Of a stretch of DNA of 64,000 nt, positions 12,681-23,997 are shown piece by piece. The position numbers and the translations under genes are program-made. A model generated the notes under the pieces. It searched no databases. It was not told the origin of the DNA and was given only the letters and a program-made list of their open reading frames with translations. This DNA comes from Chiloscyllium plagiosum. Taxonomy: Eukaryota. Each line of letters opens with the position of its first letter. Positions within the stretch are counted from its first letter, which is position 1. The stretch spans positions 2,392,205 through 2,456,204 of the forward strand of contig NC_057758.1 of assembly GCF_004010195.1 (NCBI RefSeq), given 5' to 3'.

Positions 12681-14169
12681 AACCCCTAGCATATTCCGTG
12701 AGCCCATGAAGAGATGATCTATGTCCCAGTCGTATCATCCAATCTCTCAGAAGTACAGTGTTCTTGTGTTTGACACTGCTTTTGCTGCTTGGAGCACTGG
12801 TGTTAATGGAAGCTACCACTGCTGACACGTTCATGTTTAATCTTACCTCAGAAGTTTGTACATCTCCCCACAAGTAAACAGGGGAACCACGGGTTGGAAC
12901 AGTGCTCTTTAGGTGCTTGTTGCTATTGAGGTATGTGCTCAGCAGTTTCATATTGCAAACAATGATGGCCAAGGAGCTACTCCCCCTCCTCTCAGATGTC
13001 CCTTTGACTTGTTGTGCCTCATTGACAATGGGCTCTTGGATCGAAATGGCAGTGCTAGGAAGAATGATTTTCAAGTCCTCCCTGATCCAGTCGTCTGTAA
13101 AAAAAAACATATTTGAACGGATTGATGACAAAGCAGTTCCACTAGGGCTTGAAACACATCCATGACTTTGCTCAAATATTATTTCAAATGAAATGAAGTA
13201 CAAAAACCAGGATGTTTTGCTGAGACTCTGCAAGACTCCAGTAAGTGCACAGCTTGAAAACTACGAACAGTTTTCGATACCTTATCTCAGAAAAGTTATA
13301 CTGGTATTTGGAGATAGTCCAGAGGGAGTACAGTGATCACGGAGACAGACTGAATTTTAATCAAGGACGATATCGAGGAATCATCATGAAAATGCAGGAA
13401 GGTGGAATTGAGGACAGTCAGATCAGCCACGATCTCATTGAATGGCAGAGCAGACTTGATGGACTAAATGGTCGACTTCTGCTCCTCAGTTTTCTGGCCT
13501 GATCTATGCAAGTGATATCTGAGCACCTCCAGGTCTGGCATTTCGTGGTTGACGCTGCATGAATGATGGTATCATTGCAAGTCACACCTCAAGATGTCCA
13601 TTCTCTAAGATCAGATACCTCTAAAACTAACCGTCTCTAAAACTAACCGTGTTTACCTCCTCCTTTAAGACTTGTCATCCCTCTTCGAACAGGATTTGTT
13701 CAAGTGACCATCAGACAAGAATCATTGTATTTGGCAGCATAGAAGGAGGTCATTTTACCCACCGTGTCTGACCTGGCTTCTGAAAGAGCTATCTAGCCAT
13801 TCTAAATTTCCATCTTTATCTCGATACCTCTTCCAGTCAAATGCATAATCTCCTTTTGATATAATGACTCGCTTTCGAAAGATCACGTTCAATCCGACTT
13901 CACCATTCTCCCAAGCAGCGCATTACAAACCCTAGCAAAGTAACCTTCTTGTGATTATTGCAGCTGAACACGGGTGCTGGAAAGAAGGAAGGTTGGAGTT
14001 CCATTTTTGAATCAGACGAATATCACAGCAGTACTCAGAGATTAAATAATTGTGGAATCATCCAGTCAGGTTTTGTTGATGCAGGTAAGAAATAAAAAGC
14101 GGAAGGTGATGTTAATTGGGATTGTCGTAAAGAAACCCACCCCCCCAAACAATTCTTCAATGGACTTTA

Positions 14170-17115
14170 GCTGAACAAATATACAGGGCGATTGGGGAGA
14201 GTTGCAGGGGCAATAGGGTTGTCGTAATGGGGGATTTTAATATTACTACTGTACACTGGGACTGCCAGAGCATTAAGAGAATTGGTTCTGTACGTTCAGC
14301 AAATTTTCCTCAAGCAAGATACGGAGGGTCCGACTTGAGAAGCAGCAAAACCTGACCTATGCTTGGGAAATAGAGCGAAACATGTCACAGAACTGACAAT
14401 GGGGAGTGCTTTGGGAATAGTGACCATCGTCTTGTTGGTATTAAAATAGTTTTGGAGAGGCACGAAACTGGTTCTCAGGTTCAAGATCATAATGGGGCAA
14501 ATAAAAAAAATGATGGAATTGGGCAGGAGCTTCCAAGATTTGATCGGATTGGTTTGTTTGCAGGGAAAAAAAGATCTCTGACGTGTGGGATGCCTTTAGT
14601 AGTGAGATAGCTACAGCCCACGGTCTAGTTGTTCTTGAGAGGGTGAAATACAAGGTTGGCAGAAACAGAGAATACTGGATGATCAGCAACATTAAGGCTT
14701 TGAGCAGATAAAAAAGAAGGATGTACAGCTCAGGCACAGAGATTTGGGATCAAGGAAGTCCCTGGAGTAATACCGGGAATACACGAGTTTACTTAAGAAA
14801 GGATTCAAGAGGGAGAAGTGGACAGGCGTTACTTTTGGCTTCGATGAAAAGGGTGAATCCAAATAGGTTATTTAATTATATTCGAAGAAAAGGATAACTA
14901 TGGAGAGAATGGGACCTGCAAAGGACCAAAATTGACATGTGTATATCTGTAGAACCATAGGAGGTAGGCGACGCCTCAAGGAATGTTTCTCCTATGTATT
15001 TACGGAGAAGGAAGACATGAAGACTTGGAAACTTTGGGAAGTTAATGGTGACATAGAACAGAAAACAGTACAACAACAGACAGACCGTTCAGACCTCGAT
15101 GTTGAGCAGACCCTTTGTCCTCATCTAAGATCAAACTATCCGAGATATCCGTCAATTTACTATTAACCATGTGCTGATTAAAGAGTCTCATAAATGTCCC
15201 GAATGTATCTGACTCTTCTCCCACTGCTGGCAGTGTATTACACGCACCCAACACTCTCTGAGTAACGAACAATCATCGGAAATTCCCCGTGAACCTTCCT
15301 CCAAATATCGTAAAGTTATCCTTTCCTTTTGATAGCCATTACTGCCCTAATGGAAAAAAAGTGTCTGACAATTCACTCTCTCCGTGTCCCTCGTCATCTT
15401 TTATACCAGTATCAAGTCACCTTCTCCACCTTCTTCGTTCCAATGAGAAAAGCCATACCTTGCTCAACCTTCCTTCATCCAACATGCGCTCCAGTCAGGC
15501 AGCATCCTGGTAAGTCTCCGCTGCACCATCTGTAAAGTTTCCACTTCATTTCTACATTAAGGTGAACAGAACGGAACACAATATTCCAAGTGCGGTCGAA
15601 CTATGACTCGATAGAGCTGCTGCATGACGTCACGGCTATCCACATCTCCACTTTCCTTGGTGCCATCAGTGAGGTTACTAACGCACCTTTTGACTTGCTC
15701 AGTCAAGTCATTTATAAGTATCAGAATGGGTAGAAATGCTGGAACAGCTCCCTGTCGAACACCACTTGTCACTGAGCTCCAGACTGAATACTGTCCATCT
15801 ATTACCACCCTCTGTCTTCTGCAGGCCAGCTAATTCTGTATTCCGACAGCCAACTGTTCCTTCATCCGATACCGCCTTATTTCCTGAATGAGTCTATCAC
15901 GGAGAACCTTATCAAACAGTTGCTCTCCCTTCATCAATGTTTTTTGTAACAACCTGAAAGAATTCAATAATGCTTCTGAGGTATGACATCAAAATCGGCA
16001 TGCTTGCTATCTCCCAATAAATTATAGTTTTCCCAGTAATCCTAAATCCTGGCTCTCAGAATCCTCGCCAAAAATGTACACACCACAATACTGAGGCAAA
16101 GTACTCCTCTGACTTTAAGTACGAGTTCCCTCCACTATCTCTGATCGGCCCTACTCTCACTGATAGCTCGGGGACAGTCCATATCACAGTAAAGGAGGTG
16201 TTGGTTGCATGAGAATGCATGAACGTGGATAAATCGCCTGGTCCTGAACAGATATATCCAAGATCGCTGCAAGATACTAGAGAGCAATTTCTGGAAGCCC
16301 TGGTTGATACTTTTGCATCATCGTTAGCACCAATAAGGTTCCAGAAGAATGGAAGGTCGCGAATGTTGTGCCCTTATTCAAGACCGGCTGCAAAGAATAT
16401 CCTGGAACTGTCGACCTGCAAAGAATATCCTGCCTAACAATGGTGGTTTGTAAATTACTTGACAATATTCTCAGAGATAAAATATGCATGCATTTGAAAA
16501 GACAAGGTTTGGTTCAGAGCATGCAGCATCTCTTTTTTGATGGAGTTCTTTGATGAATTGACTGGGAAAGTTTACGAGAGCAAGTGGTAGACGTAGCCTA
16601 TACAGATTTCAGTAAGGCCTTTGATAAGTTTCCACATGGTAGGCAGCATTAGAAGGTTAGATTGCATAGAATCCAGGTGGAGCTGGCAAATTGGATTCAT
16701 AATTGGGTTGATGGTAGGAAGCAGAGTGTAATAGTGGAAGGATGCATGTTGGACTGGGGGCCTCTGGTTCGTGGAGTGCCTCAGGCGTCGGTGCAGTTTT
16801 CTATCTATATAAATGATTTGGTTGAGAATGTACAAGGCATAATTAGTAAGTTGTCAGCTTACACTAAACTAAAACATGCCGTGGGCAGTGAGGAAGGTGC
16901 TCAGAAATTGCAACAGGACCTTGATCAGCTGGGGCAGTCGGCAGAGAAAAGACAAATGGAGTTTAATATAGATAAGTGTGAGGTCTTGCATTTTGTTAAA
17001 GTCAAATCAAGATCGGAGGTTCATGTTGAATAGTAGTACTGGATGGAGTGCAGTGGAACAGAGGGAACTTGGAATTCATGTGCACAATCTTTTGAAAGTT
17101 AATCACAGGTAGACC
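14170..17115 (+). mobile_element. Degraded CR1 LINE (endonuclease to RT), split by the nested element at 15051-16165
   Basis: VVVMGDFN at about 14218 and SYVFTEKED at about 14990. It resumes with MNVDKSPGPEQIYPR at 16219 and continues to VPQAS..YINDL. Confidence 0.8.
15051..16165 (-). mobile_element. CR1 LINE 3' portion, nested in antisense orientation
   Basis: Minus ORFs give SVTSGVRQG, VRPHLEYCVPFCSP and FVTQRVLGACNTLP. The tail starts at 15051. Confidence 0.8.
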
Positions 17116-17372
17116 GGCTCCAACTTTTCTGCTTGCTTTCCCCATTCCCACACAACCATTACTGCTCGATCCAGCAGCTGTGTAGATAATGCTGATAATG
17201 CGAAAAATGTACTTGTTTATAAAACGTGGAGCAAATATTTCAGCAATCCTGATATTTTTGTTTCTTTTTTTAATTCACTCCACATTCAACATTTGCAGAA
17301 AAAATAAAAGGACATAGCTTTTGCAAAAGGGAGAGATCCAGAGAAACAGAGGCAATGATGGGGGGGGGGGGG

Positions 17373-17690
17373 GGAGGTATGTTGGCTCAGTGGTTAGTGC
17401 TGCTGCTTCACAACGTCAGTGTTCCGGGTTTGATTCCAGCCTCAGACGTCTGTGTGGAGTTTACACGTTCTCTCCATGTCTGCGCGGGTTTCCTCCACAA
17501 GCGAAGATGTGCAGGTCAGGTGAATTATCCTTGTTAATTTGCCCTAATGTGCAGGGAAATGTTTGTTAAGTGCATTAGTCAGGGGTAAATGCAGGGACAG
17601 AAATGTGTCTGTGTGGGACACTATTTGAAAAGATGGTGTGGACTTGTGAGGCCAAACGGTCTGTTTCTATACGGTAGGGATTCTGTTCTA
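17373..17690 (+). mobile_element. Degraded V-SINE (HE1-like)
   Basis: tRNA-like head (tggctcagtggttag...gtttgattcc) plus a degenerate V-domain (tgtgtggagtttacacgttctctccatgtctgcgcgggtttcctcc). Confidence 0.7.
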
Positions 17691-17694
17691 TTAT

Positions 17695-19320
17695 GGAGTG
17701 ACAATGTTTATCATTGTGTGTTATTGTATTTGCCGGTGTGAGTCTGTAATTGATTGCATTGCCATTTTATGTGAATCCGAATATGTGTTATTGTACACAT
17801 GTTTGCGTGTGCTTGTATTTTGTATATTTGCGCATCTGCTTATATGTATTATTGTATGTGTGATTGTGAGAGTGTGTCTGTATGAGTGTTTCTGTTTGCA
17901 TGAAATTGACATTGTAAGCGTTCAGTTGTGAGTGTGTGTCGTGTGTGTATGCCTGTCATTGTGAATGTTTCTGATTGTATGTGATACTGTGTTTGTGATT
18001 TTGAGCATCTCATTTCCTGTACTTGTGACTACTTGTTCCTGTGTGTGATTGTGCATGTGAAAGTGTGCATATCATTGTGAGGGCCTCAGTGTGAATGTTT
18101 TTGAACGTTTGCAGTCGTATGTGCTATTTTGTATGCAATTGCGTGCGTGCGGTATCAGTGCATCATTGTATGTTCATCTGAATAGGCGTGATTGTGTATA
18201 ACTGAGTGCATGTTGGCTGTGTGCCATTTCATGTTGTGTCTGAATATGTGCTATAGTGTGCAATTATGTGAGTGTGTCATCGTCATTTTATGTATTTGTG
18301 TCATTGTGAATGCGTCATTGTGTGATCTTGAGTGTATGTTTATGTCGTGCATGTTTGTCATTGCATGTGGGTCTGTAAATATGTATCATTGTGAGTGTTT
18401 ACAATTGAGACTAGTAACAATGTGCCATTGTAAGGTTGTAATGGTCTTCTAGCCTTTCTGTGTGTACGGGTGTGTCATTGTGAGTCTTTCTGATTGTGTG
18501 CAATTAATTCTGTGTGCGCTATGTGTGTCATTGTGTGTGCCTGATTGTATGCTGTGCGTGATTGTGTATGTAATATTGTGTGTGTTAGTATGAAAGTATC
18601 AGTTTATGTGTTGCGTCATCGTGAGTGTCATTTTGACTGTATTTGATTGTGTATTGTGCATGTACCTATATCTCATTATGAGTGCATGTGATTGTAATTA
18701 TACCTGGGAATGTGTCATTTTGTCTAAATTTGTGTGCCTTGACTGCATGTCACTGTCTGAGTGCCAGTGCGTGTGCCTGTTTGTGTGTGTTCAGTGAGTG
18801 AGGTGTCAGTGGGCGGCACGGTGGCACAGTGGTTAGCACTGCTGCCTCACAGCGCCTGAGACCCGGGTTCAATTCCCGCCTCAGGCGACTGACTGTGTGG
18901 AGTTTGCACATTCTCCCCGTGTCTGCGTGGGTTTCCTCCGGGTGCTCCGGTTTCCTCCCACAGTTCAAAAGATGTGCAGGGTCAGGTGAATTGGCCATGC
19001 TAAATTGCCCGTAGTGTTAGGTAAGGGGTAAATGTAGGGGTATGGGTGGGTTTCGCTTCGGCGGGTCGGTGTGGACTTGTTGGGCTGAAGGGCCTGTTTC
19101 TAAACTGTAATGTAATCTAATCTAATCTAATCTAATCTAATCAGTGTGATTGTCTCACACTGCTTGTGCCATTGTAAGATGGTCATTGTGTGTATGTTTA
19201 TGCATCTGACAGATTGTCACTAAATGTCTGTCTAAATGTACGTCAAAGCGTGTTTGTGCCGTTGTGACTGTACGTTTATGAGTGTAAGTGTTTACGTGCG
19301 TGCTATTGTGTCATTATGTC
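17695..19320. repeat. Degenerate TG-rich low-complexity satellite (gtgtgtcattgtga-like units), interrupted by a SINE
   Basis: Recurrent TCATTGTG and GATTGTG words in a GT-rich tract. Confidence 0.8.
18811..19140 (+). mobile_element. V-SINE (HE1-like), full length and young
   Basis: GGGCGGCACGGTGGCACAGTGGTTAG A-box, GGTTCAATTCC B-box, intact V-domain and (TAATC)n tail. Possible TSD TCAGTG. Confidence 0.92.
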
Positions 19321-19381
19321 AGGATGACACCAATGGTACCTCACAAGGGTATGTTAGAGACTGAAGTATTCACATTATTTT

Positions 19382-19683
19382 TTAGATTAGATTAGATTAC
19401 TTACAGTGTGGAAACAGGCCCTTCGGCCCAACAAGTCCACACCGACCCGCCGAAGCGCAACCCACCCATACCCCTACCTTTACCCCTTTAACCTAACATG
19501 GCCAATTCACCTGACCCGCACATCTTTGGACTGTGGGAGGAAACCGGAGCACCCGGAGGAAACCCACGCAGACACGAGGAGAACGTGCAAACTCCACAGT
19601 CAGTCGCCTGAGTCGGGAATTGAACCCGGGTCTCTGGCGCTGTGAGGCAGCAGTGCTAACCACTGTGCCACCGTGCCGCCCAC
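19382..19683 (-). mobile_element. V-SINE (HE1-like)
   Basis: Reverse complement of the same family, with a (GATTA)n tail at 19382-19399. Confidence 0.92.
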
Positions 19684-20078
19684 TTTATTGACCTAATTTG
19701 TGCAAAATGGCAAAGAAAGTCATGTATCCAAATTTGCTAATGACACAAGGGGAGGAGGCATTATCGACAATACAGGTGACAGCATAAAATTACAAATGTA
19801 TATTTGGTAGAATAAGTCGATGAGCAAATCTGTGGCTGATTACGTTCAAAATAAACAATTGTAAGTTTAACTATTTTGGACAGAGAATGGGCAGATCATA
19901 GCTCTTTCAAAATAGCTTGAAGTTAAACACAAATTATCTAAAAAAAGAATTGAGGGTTCAGGTGCATGAATCTGTAAAACGTCACAAACAATTGCCACAA
20001 AAGCATCGCATCAGGAGACACCTTGCAACGAGATGGGACTGAAATGTTCGGATTATGAAGGGTGAGCAGTGTGCGTTT

Positions 20079-20110
20079 GTCTCCACAGAGCCTAATTGTG
20101 TCCCTGGAGG
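20079..20110 (+). promoter_or_regulatory. Candidate proximal promoter block of GPCR gene 1 (homeodomain TAATTG plus O/E-like TCCCTGGAGG)
   Basis: 23/30 ungapped identity with 63016-63045 upstream of the paralogue. TAATTG is at 20093-20098 and TCCCTGGAGG at 20101-20110. Confidence 0.45.
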
Positions 20111-20263
20111 GGTTCCCTCTTCTACAAATATGTGGACTCTTTCCATAACGTAAATTATCCTGCAGTTTCAACGGGAGATAAATTCGTCACAGGCTGAGAT
20201 CCCTGGCTCCATGCAGAGAGGGAGAGAGAGAATCTGGTAACATCAGATTGGAACGTGACCACA

Positions 20264-20435
20264 ATGGACCAGAATTTGAGAACTTTAGATTGGAATGTTA
20301 CTAAAGTGGAGAAGAGTTTATCGTCTTCCATTTATTATTTTTCTACAACTCACTACCTTGTATTACGAATACGACACCTACTTCGGATTATCCAACACTT
20401 TTACTATCCGTTCCTGGCTATCATTGGTCTTCCCG
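20264..20435 (+). CDS. GPR139-like: GPR139/GPR142-like class A GPCR, gene 1, coding exon 1 (N-terminus and first half of TM1)
   Basis: ATG in ACAATGG context. Encodes MDQNLRTLDWNVTK...IIQHFYYPFLAIIGLP, with a phase-1 donor CCCG|GTAATG at 20435/20436 that splices in frame to 26380, giving GLP-A-NIVTIVAL. Confidence 0.85.
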
Positions 20436-20739
20436 GTAATGTTCTCTTTCAATTATTTAACACTTGAAAGGATGTTGAACTGTGGTAATAGCGCGGTGCT
20501 GCTCAGGAGGGTGGTCCAGAAATTCATGGGAAGTGGAAAAACCCGAAAGTTCTGCCTAGACTCAGCAGGTCAGTGTGATGATATGAGTCCAAACGAATTA
20601 GTCTTCAGAACACTTTGTTAAAGTTCGGCCCTCCTTTTTTTAACTCGCAGCTGCATGAACAGCACATATAATGTGTGCTGATAATTTGTTGTTTTTTAAA
20701 ATTCCCTTTCAGAATCTTGAATATTTAATGCACAATCTA

Positions 20740-21560
20740 TGTTACATTCAAAACTTCAGGAAAAAATGCGTTCAGTTCTTGTCGCCACATAACAAGATTT
20801 ATGTGGAGGTTTGGAGAAGGTATGGAAGAGTTTTACCAGGATGTTGCCTGGATGAGAGGCTAAGAGGGTATGAGAGGCTCAAAAAATCTAGGCTTGTTTT
20901 TCTCTGGGGTGTCAGTAGCTGAGGGTAGACTTGATAGAATTATGAGGTGCAGAGACAGGGTGGCTGTCAGAATCGTTTTCTGAGATTTATAATGCATAAT
21001 AATTTGGGCGGCACGGTGGTACAGTGGTTAGCACTGCTGCCTCACAGCGCCAGAGACCCGGGTTCAATTCCCGCCTCAGGCGACTGACTGTGTGGAGTTT
21101 GCACGTTCTCCCCGTGTCTGCGTGGGTTTCCTCCGGGTGCTCCGGTTTCCTCCCACAGTCCAACGATGTGCAGGGTCAGGTGAATTGGCCATACTAAATT
21201 GCCCGTAGTGTTAGGTAAGGGGTAAATTTATGGGTGGGGTGCGCGTCGGTGTGGACTTGTTGGGCCGAAGGGCCTGTTTCCACACTGTAATCTAATCTAA
21301 AATCTATAACGGAGAGTGTGTATTTAACAAGAGGGTGGAAATTTTAAAAAAGAATGAATAGCATTTTCTAACTGGTAGTTCGCTGCTGGGTCGTGCAAGA
21401 GGCTGTTCAGGGGCTTTTGCATAAGCACATGAATCTGCACAAAATGGAGGAATATAGTCCAAGGACATGCAGGACAGACTTGTTTAATTTGCCGTCATGT
21501 TTGGCACAAGATCGTGGCCCAAAATGACGGTTCCAGCGGGTATTGTTATATGTTCTATGT
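20740..21560 (+). mobile_element. Degraded CR1 3' end in the GPCR intron, interrupted by a SINE
   Basis: CVQFLSPHNKIYVEVWRR motif. The 3' tail ends ...tatatgttctatgtt at about 21560. Confidence 0.65.
21006..21300 (+). mobile_element. V-SINE (HE1-like)
   Basis: Intact tRNA-like head, V-domain and (TAATC)n tail. Confidence 0.92.
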
Positions 21561-21721
21561 TATGCAACGCGGGGTCCTGTCGTTATTTCTACACAACCGT
21601 GTTTATTCGAGTCTCTCACAAATCCTCCTACCAAATGTTTTCTTTAAAATTCCTCGTGGCAAAAAATCTTGAACACGATTTCGCAGTGTTTCCATGCAGT
21701 TGCTTTCAAATCACAACCACT

Positions 21722-22433
21722 CACTGTGTGGGGAATGTCTCCTCGTTTTGCACCTGTATCTCTTCAATATATTTGAAGCCGTCAACTCCTCTTTTCCTGA
21801 CACTGTAAACATTCCTCACTATTAAGTTCCAGTAAGCAGTTTGTCTGAAGTAGCTTCTCCATTTTTTTTCTTAAATCCACGTTACTGGTATAAACTACTT
21901 GATCAAACTCTTGTTTTCGACTTGCTTCTTGCAACTGATGACGCCCAGACAGCGAAAGTGTATTTAGCCCATAAATTAAATACCTTCCGCAACTTCGTAT
22001 TATTTTGATAACTTCGCTGACGCTGTGTCCCAAATGGGACACAATGTGGCGATTTACCAAGTTTTATCGTGTCTTGACACTGTGTGAGGAATCTCTCTTC
22101 GTTCTGTGCATGGATCTCTTCAAATCATTTGAAACTGTCAACTCCGCTTTTCCTGACACTGTAAACATTCCTCACTATTAAGTTCCAGTAAGCAGTTTGT
22201 CTGAAGTAGCTTCTCCATTTTTTTTCTTAATTCCACGTTACTGGTATAAACTACTTGATCAAACCCTAGTTTTCGACTTGCTTCTTGCAACTGATGACGC
22301 CCAGACAGCGAAAGTGTATTTAGCCCATAGATTAAATACCTTCCGCAACTTCGTATTATTTTGACAACTTCGCTGACGCTGTGTCCCAAATGGGATACAA
22401 TATGGCGATTTACCAAGTTTTATCGTGTCTTGA
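21722..22433. repeat. Tandem duplication, 2 x 356 bp
   Basis: 21722-22077 repeats at 22078-22433. Twin minus-strand ORFs 21782-22060 and 22138-22416 differ at only a few residues. Confidence 0.92.
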
Positions 22434-23703
22434 TCGGCTGTAGTGACGCTTTTTCGTCAAGTGTTAAGACAAGAACATGGTGCATTTGCAGTTGTTCTTA
22501 AATACCCTGGCATGTGCAAAAGTGTTGGTGCATACACTGGTATCTCCATCTGTGTGTTCTTTAGTCTTCTCTTTATTTGTTTGTTGGATGTGGGTGTCGC
22601 TTGCTGGTCCCCAGTTGTCCTTGGTAGGTTGTGTTGAAATGTCTTCTTGATAATCTGCAATACCATGTTTCACAATGCCTTTTGAGAGGGAATTCAGGAT
22701 TTTCGCTCAGCCAAACTGAAGGAATATCGATATATTTCCAAGTCCGGATGGTGACTGGCTCGGAGGGAAACTCATAGGTTGTGCTTTCCATGCATCTACA
22801 TTCCTTATCCTTCCAATTGCTACAGGCTGTGGGTTTGGAATTTGTCACACCAGGATCTCTGCTGATATCTTTTTCAGTGCACTCTTTAGATAGTGCATAC
22901 TGCTGTTATGGAGCTTTGGTGGTGGTGGGAATGGATATTTGTTGATGTCATGCCAATCAAGCAGGTTGCTTTGTCCTGGATTATGTCACATTTCTTGACT
23001 GTTGTTGGAACAGCACACATGCAGGCAATTGGATCGTTTCACTTTCATTCCTTGCTTTCTCTAATGCATTCGAAAGATATGTCTCACTGAACACGCCTAT
23101 GAGTCAGTTTGTATTTATGAAGTGTTGGATTTTGATTTAACATCAATTGCTAATTGTATTGCTTATATCTCCGTGTCAATATCCAATGAGCTTTAATGGT
23201 GAAATTACAACTCTGTTCAACTCTCTATTAGCTTTCTAGCATCTGGAAACAAATATCCTGATTATTTTGAAGATTTTGTAAAGGTTTCCCAAGTGAGCTC
23301 TTCTTCTTTCTCAACACGCATCCAGAGACAATGTGATATTCACAATTTTGGTTGTCAGATGACATACCTGAGACGTCACTGGCTGTTTTTCCGACATGGA
23401 GCATTTTACCTTACTACTAACTCCGCATGATCAAAACATGTAGGAAGAGAAGTTTGCTGTCCAACCACTCAACTCTGCTTCACCATTCATCAAGATCACA
23501 GCTGATCTGACATTCTTCATGCCCACGTCCCTGCCTTTACAGCATAAAGCTTGATTCCGTTACTGATCAAGAATTTATTTATCTCAGCTTTCATTATACA
23601 GAGGGACTTTCCCCACGTCTGTCTGCAGCAAGGATTTCTAAAGACTCACAACATTGAGAAGTAATCCGTCCTCACATCCCTCTTATTGTGCTACTTAATT
23701 TGT

Positions 23704-23997
23704 GGGCGGCACGGTGGCACCGTGGTTAGCACTGCTGCCTCACAGCGCCAGAGACCCGGGTTCAATTCCCACATTCTCCCTGTGTCTGCGTGGGTTTCCT
23801 CCGGGTGCTCCGGTTTCCTCCCACACTCCAAAAATGTGCAGATTAGGTGAATTGGCCACGCTAAATTGCCTGTAGTATTAGGTGCAGGGGTAAATGTGGG
23901 GGATGGGGTCTGGGTGGGTGTGCTTCGGCGGGTCGGTGTGGACTTGTTGGGCCGAAGGGCCTGTTTCCACACTGTAAAGTAATCTAATCTAATCTAA
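23704..23997 (+). mobile_element. V-SINE (HE1-like) with an internal deletion after the B-box
   Basis: GGTTCAATTCCC is joined directly to ACATTCTCCC of the V-domain. (TAATC)n tail. Confidence 0.9.

Noticed and set aside
13620..13650. Short tandem micro-duplications (also 16388-16432 and 30460-30497) and any CRISPR-like reading of repeats
   Set aside because: Only two copies each, with no spacer array, in a eukaryotic context. These are ordinary slippage duplications.
18811..18885. tRNA-like sequences with A and B boxes (also 21006, 23704, 19610-19683)
   Set aside because: They are SINE heads followed by the V-domain and tail, not tRNA genes.
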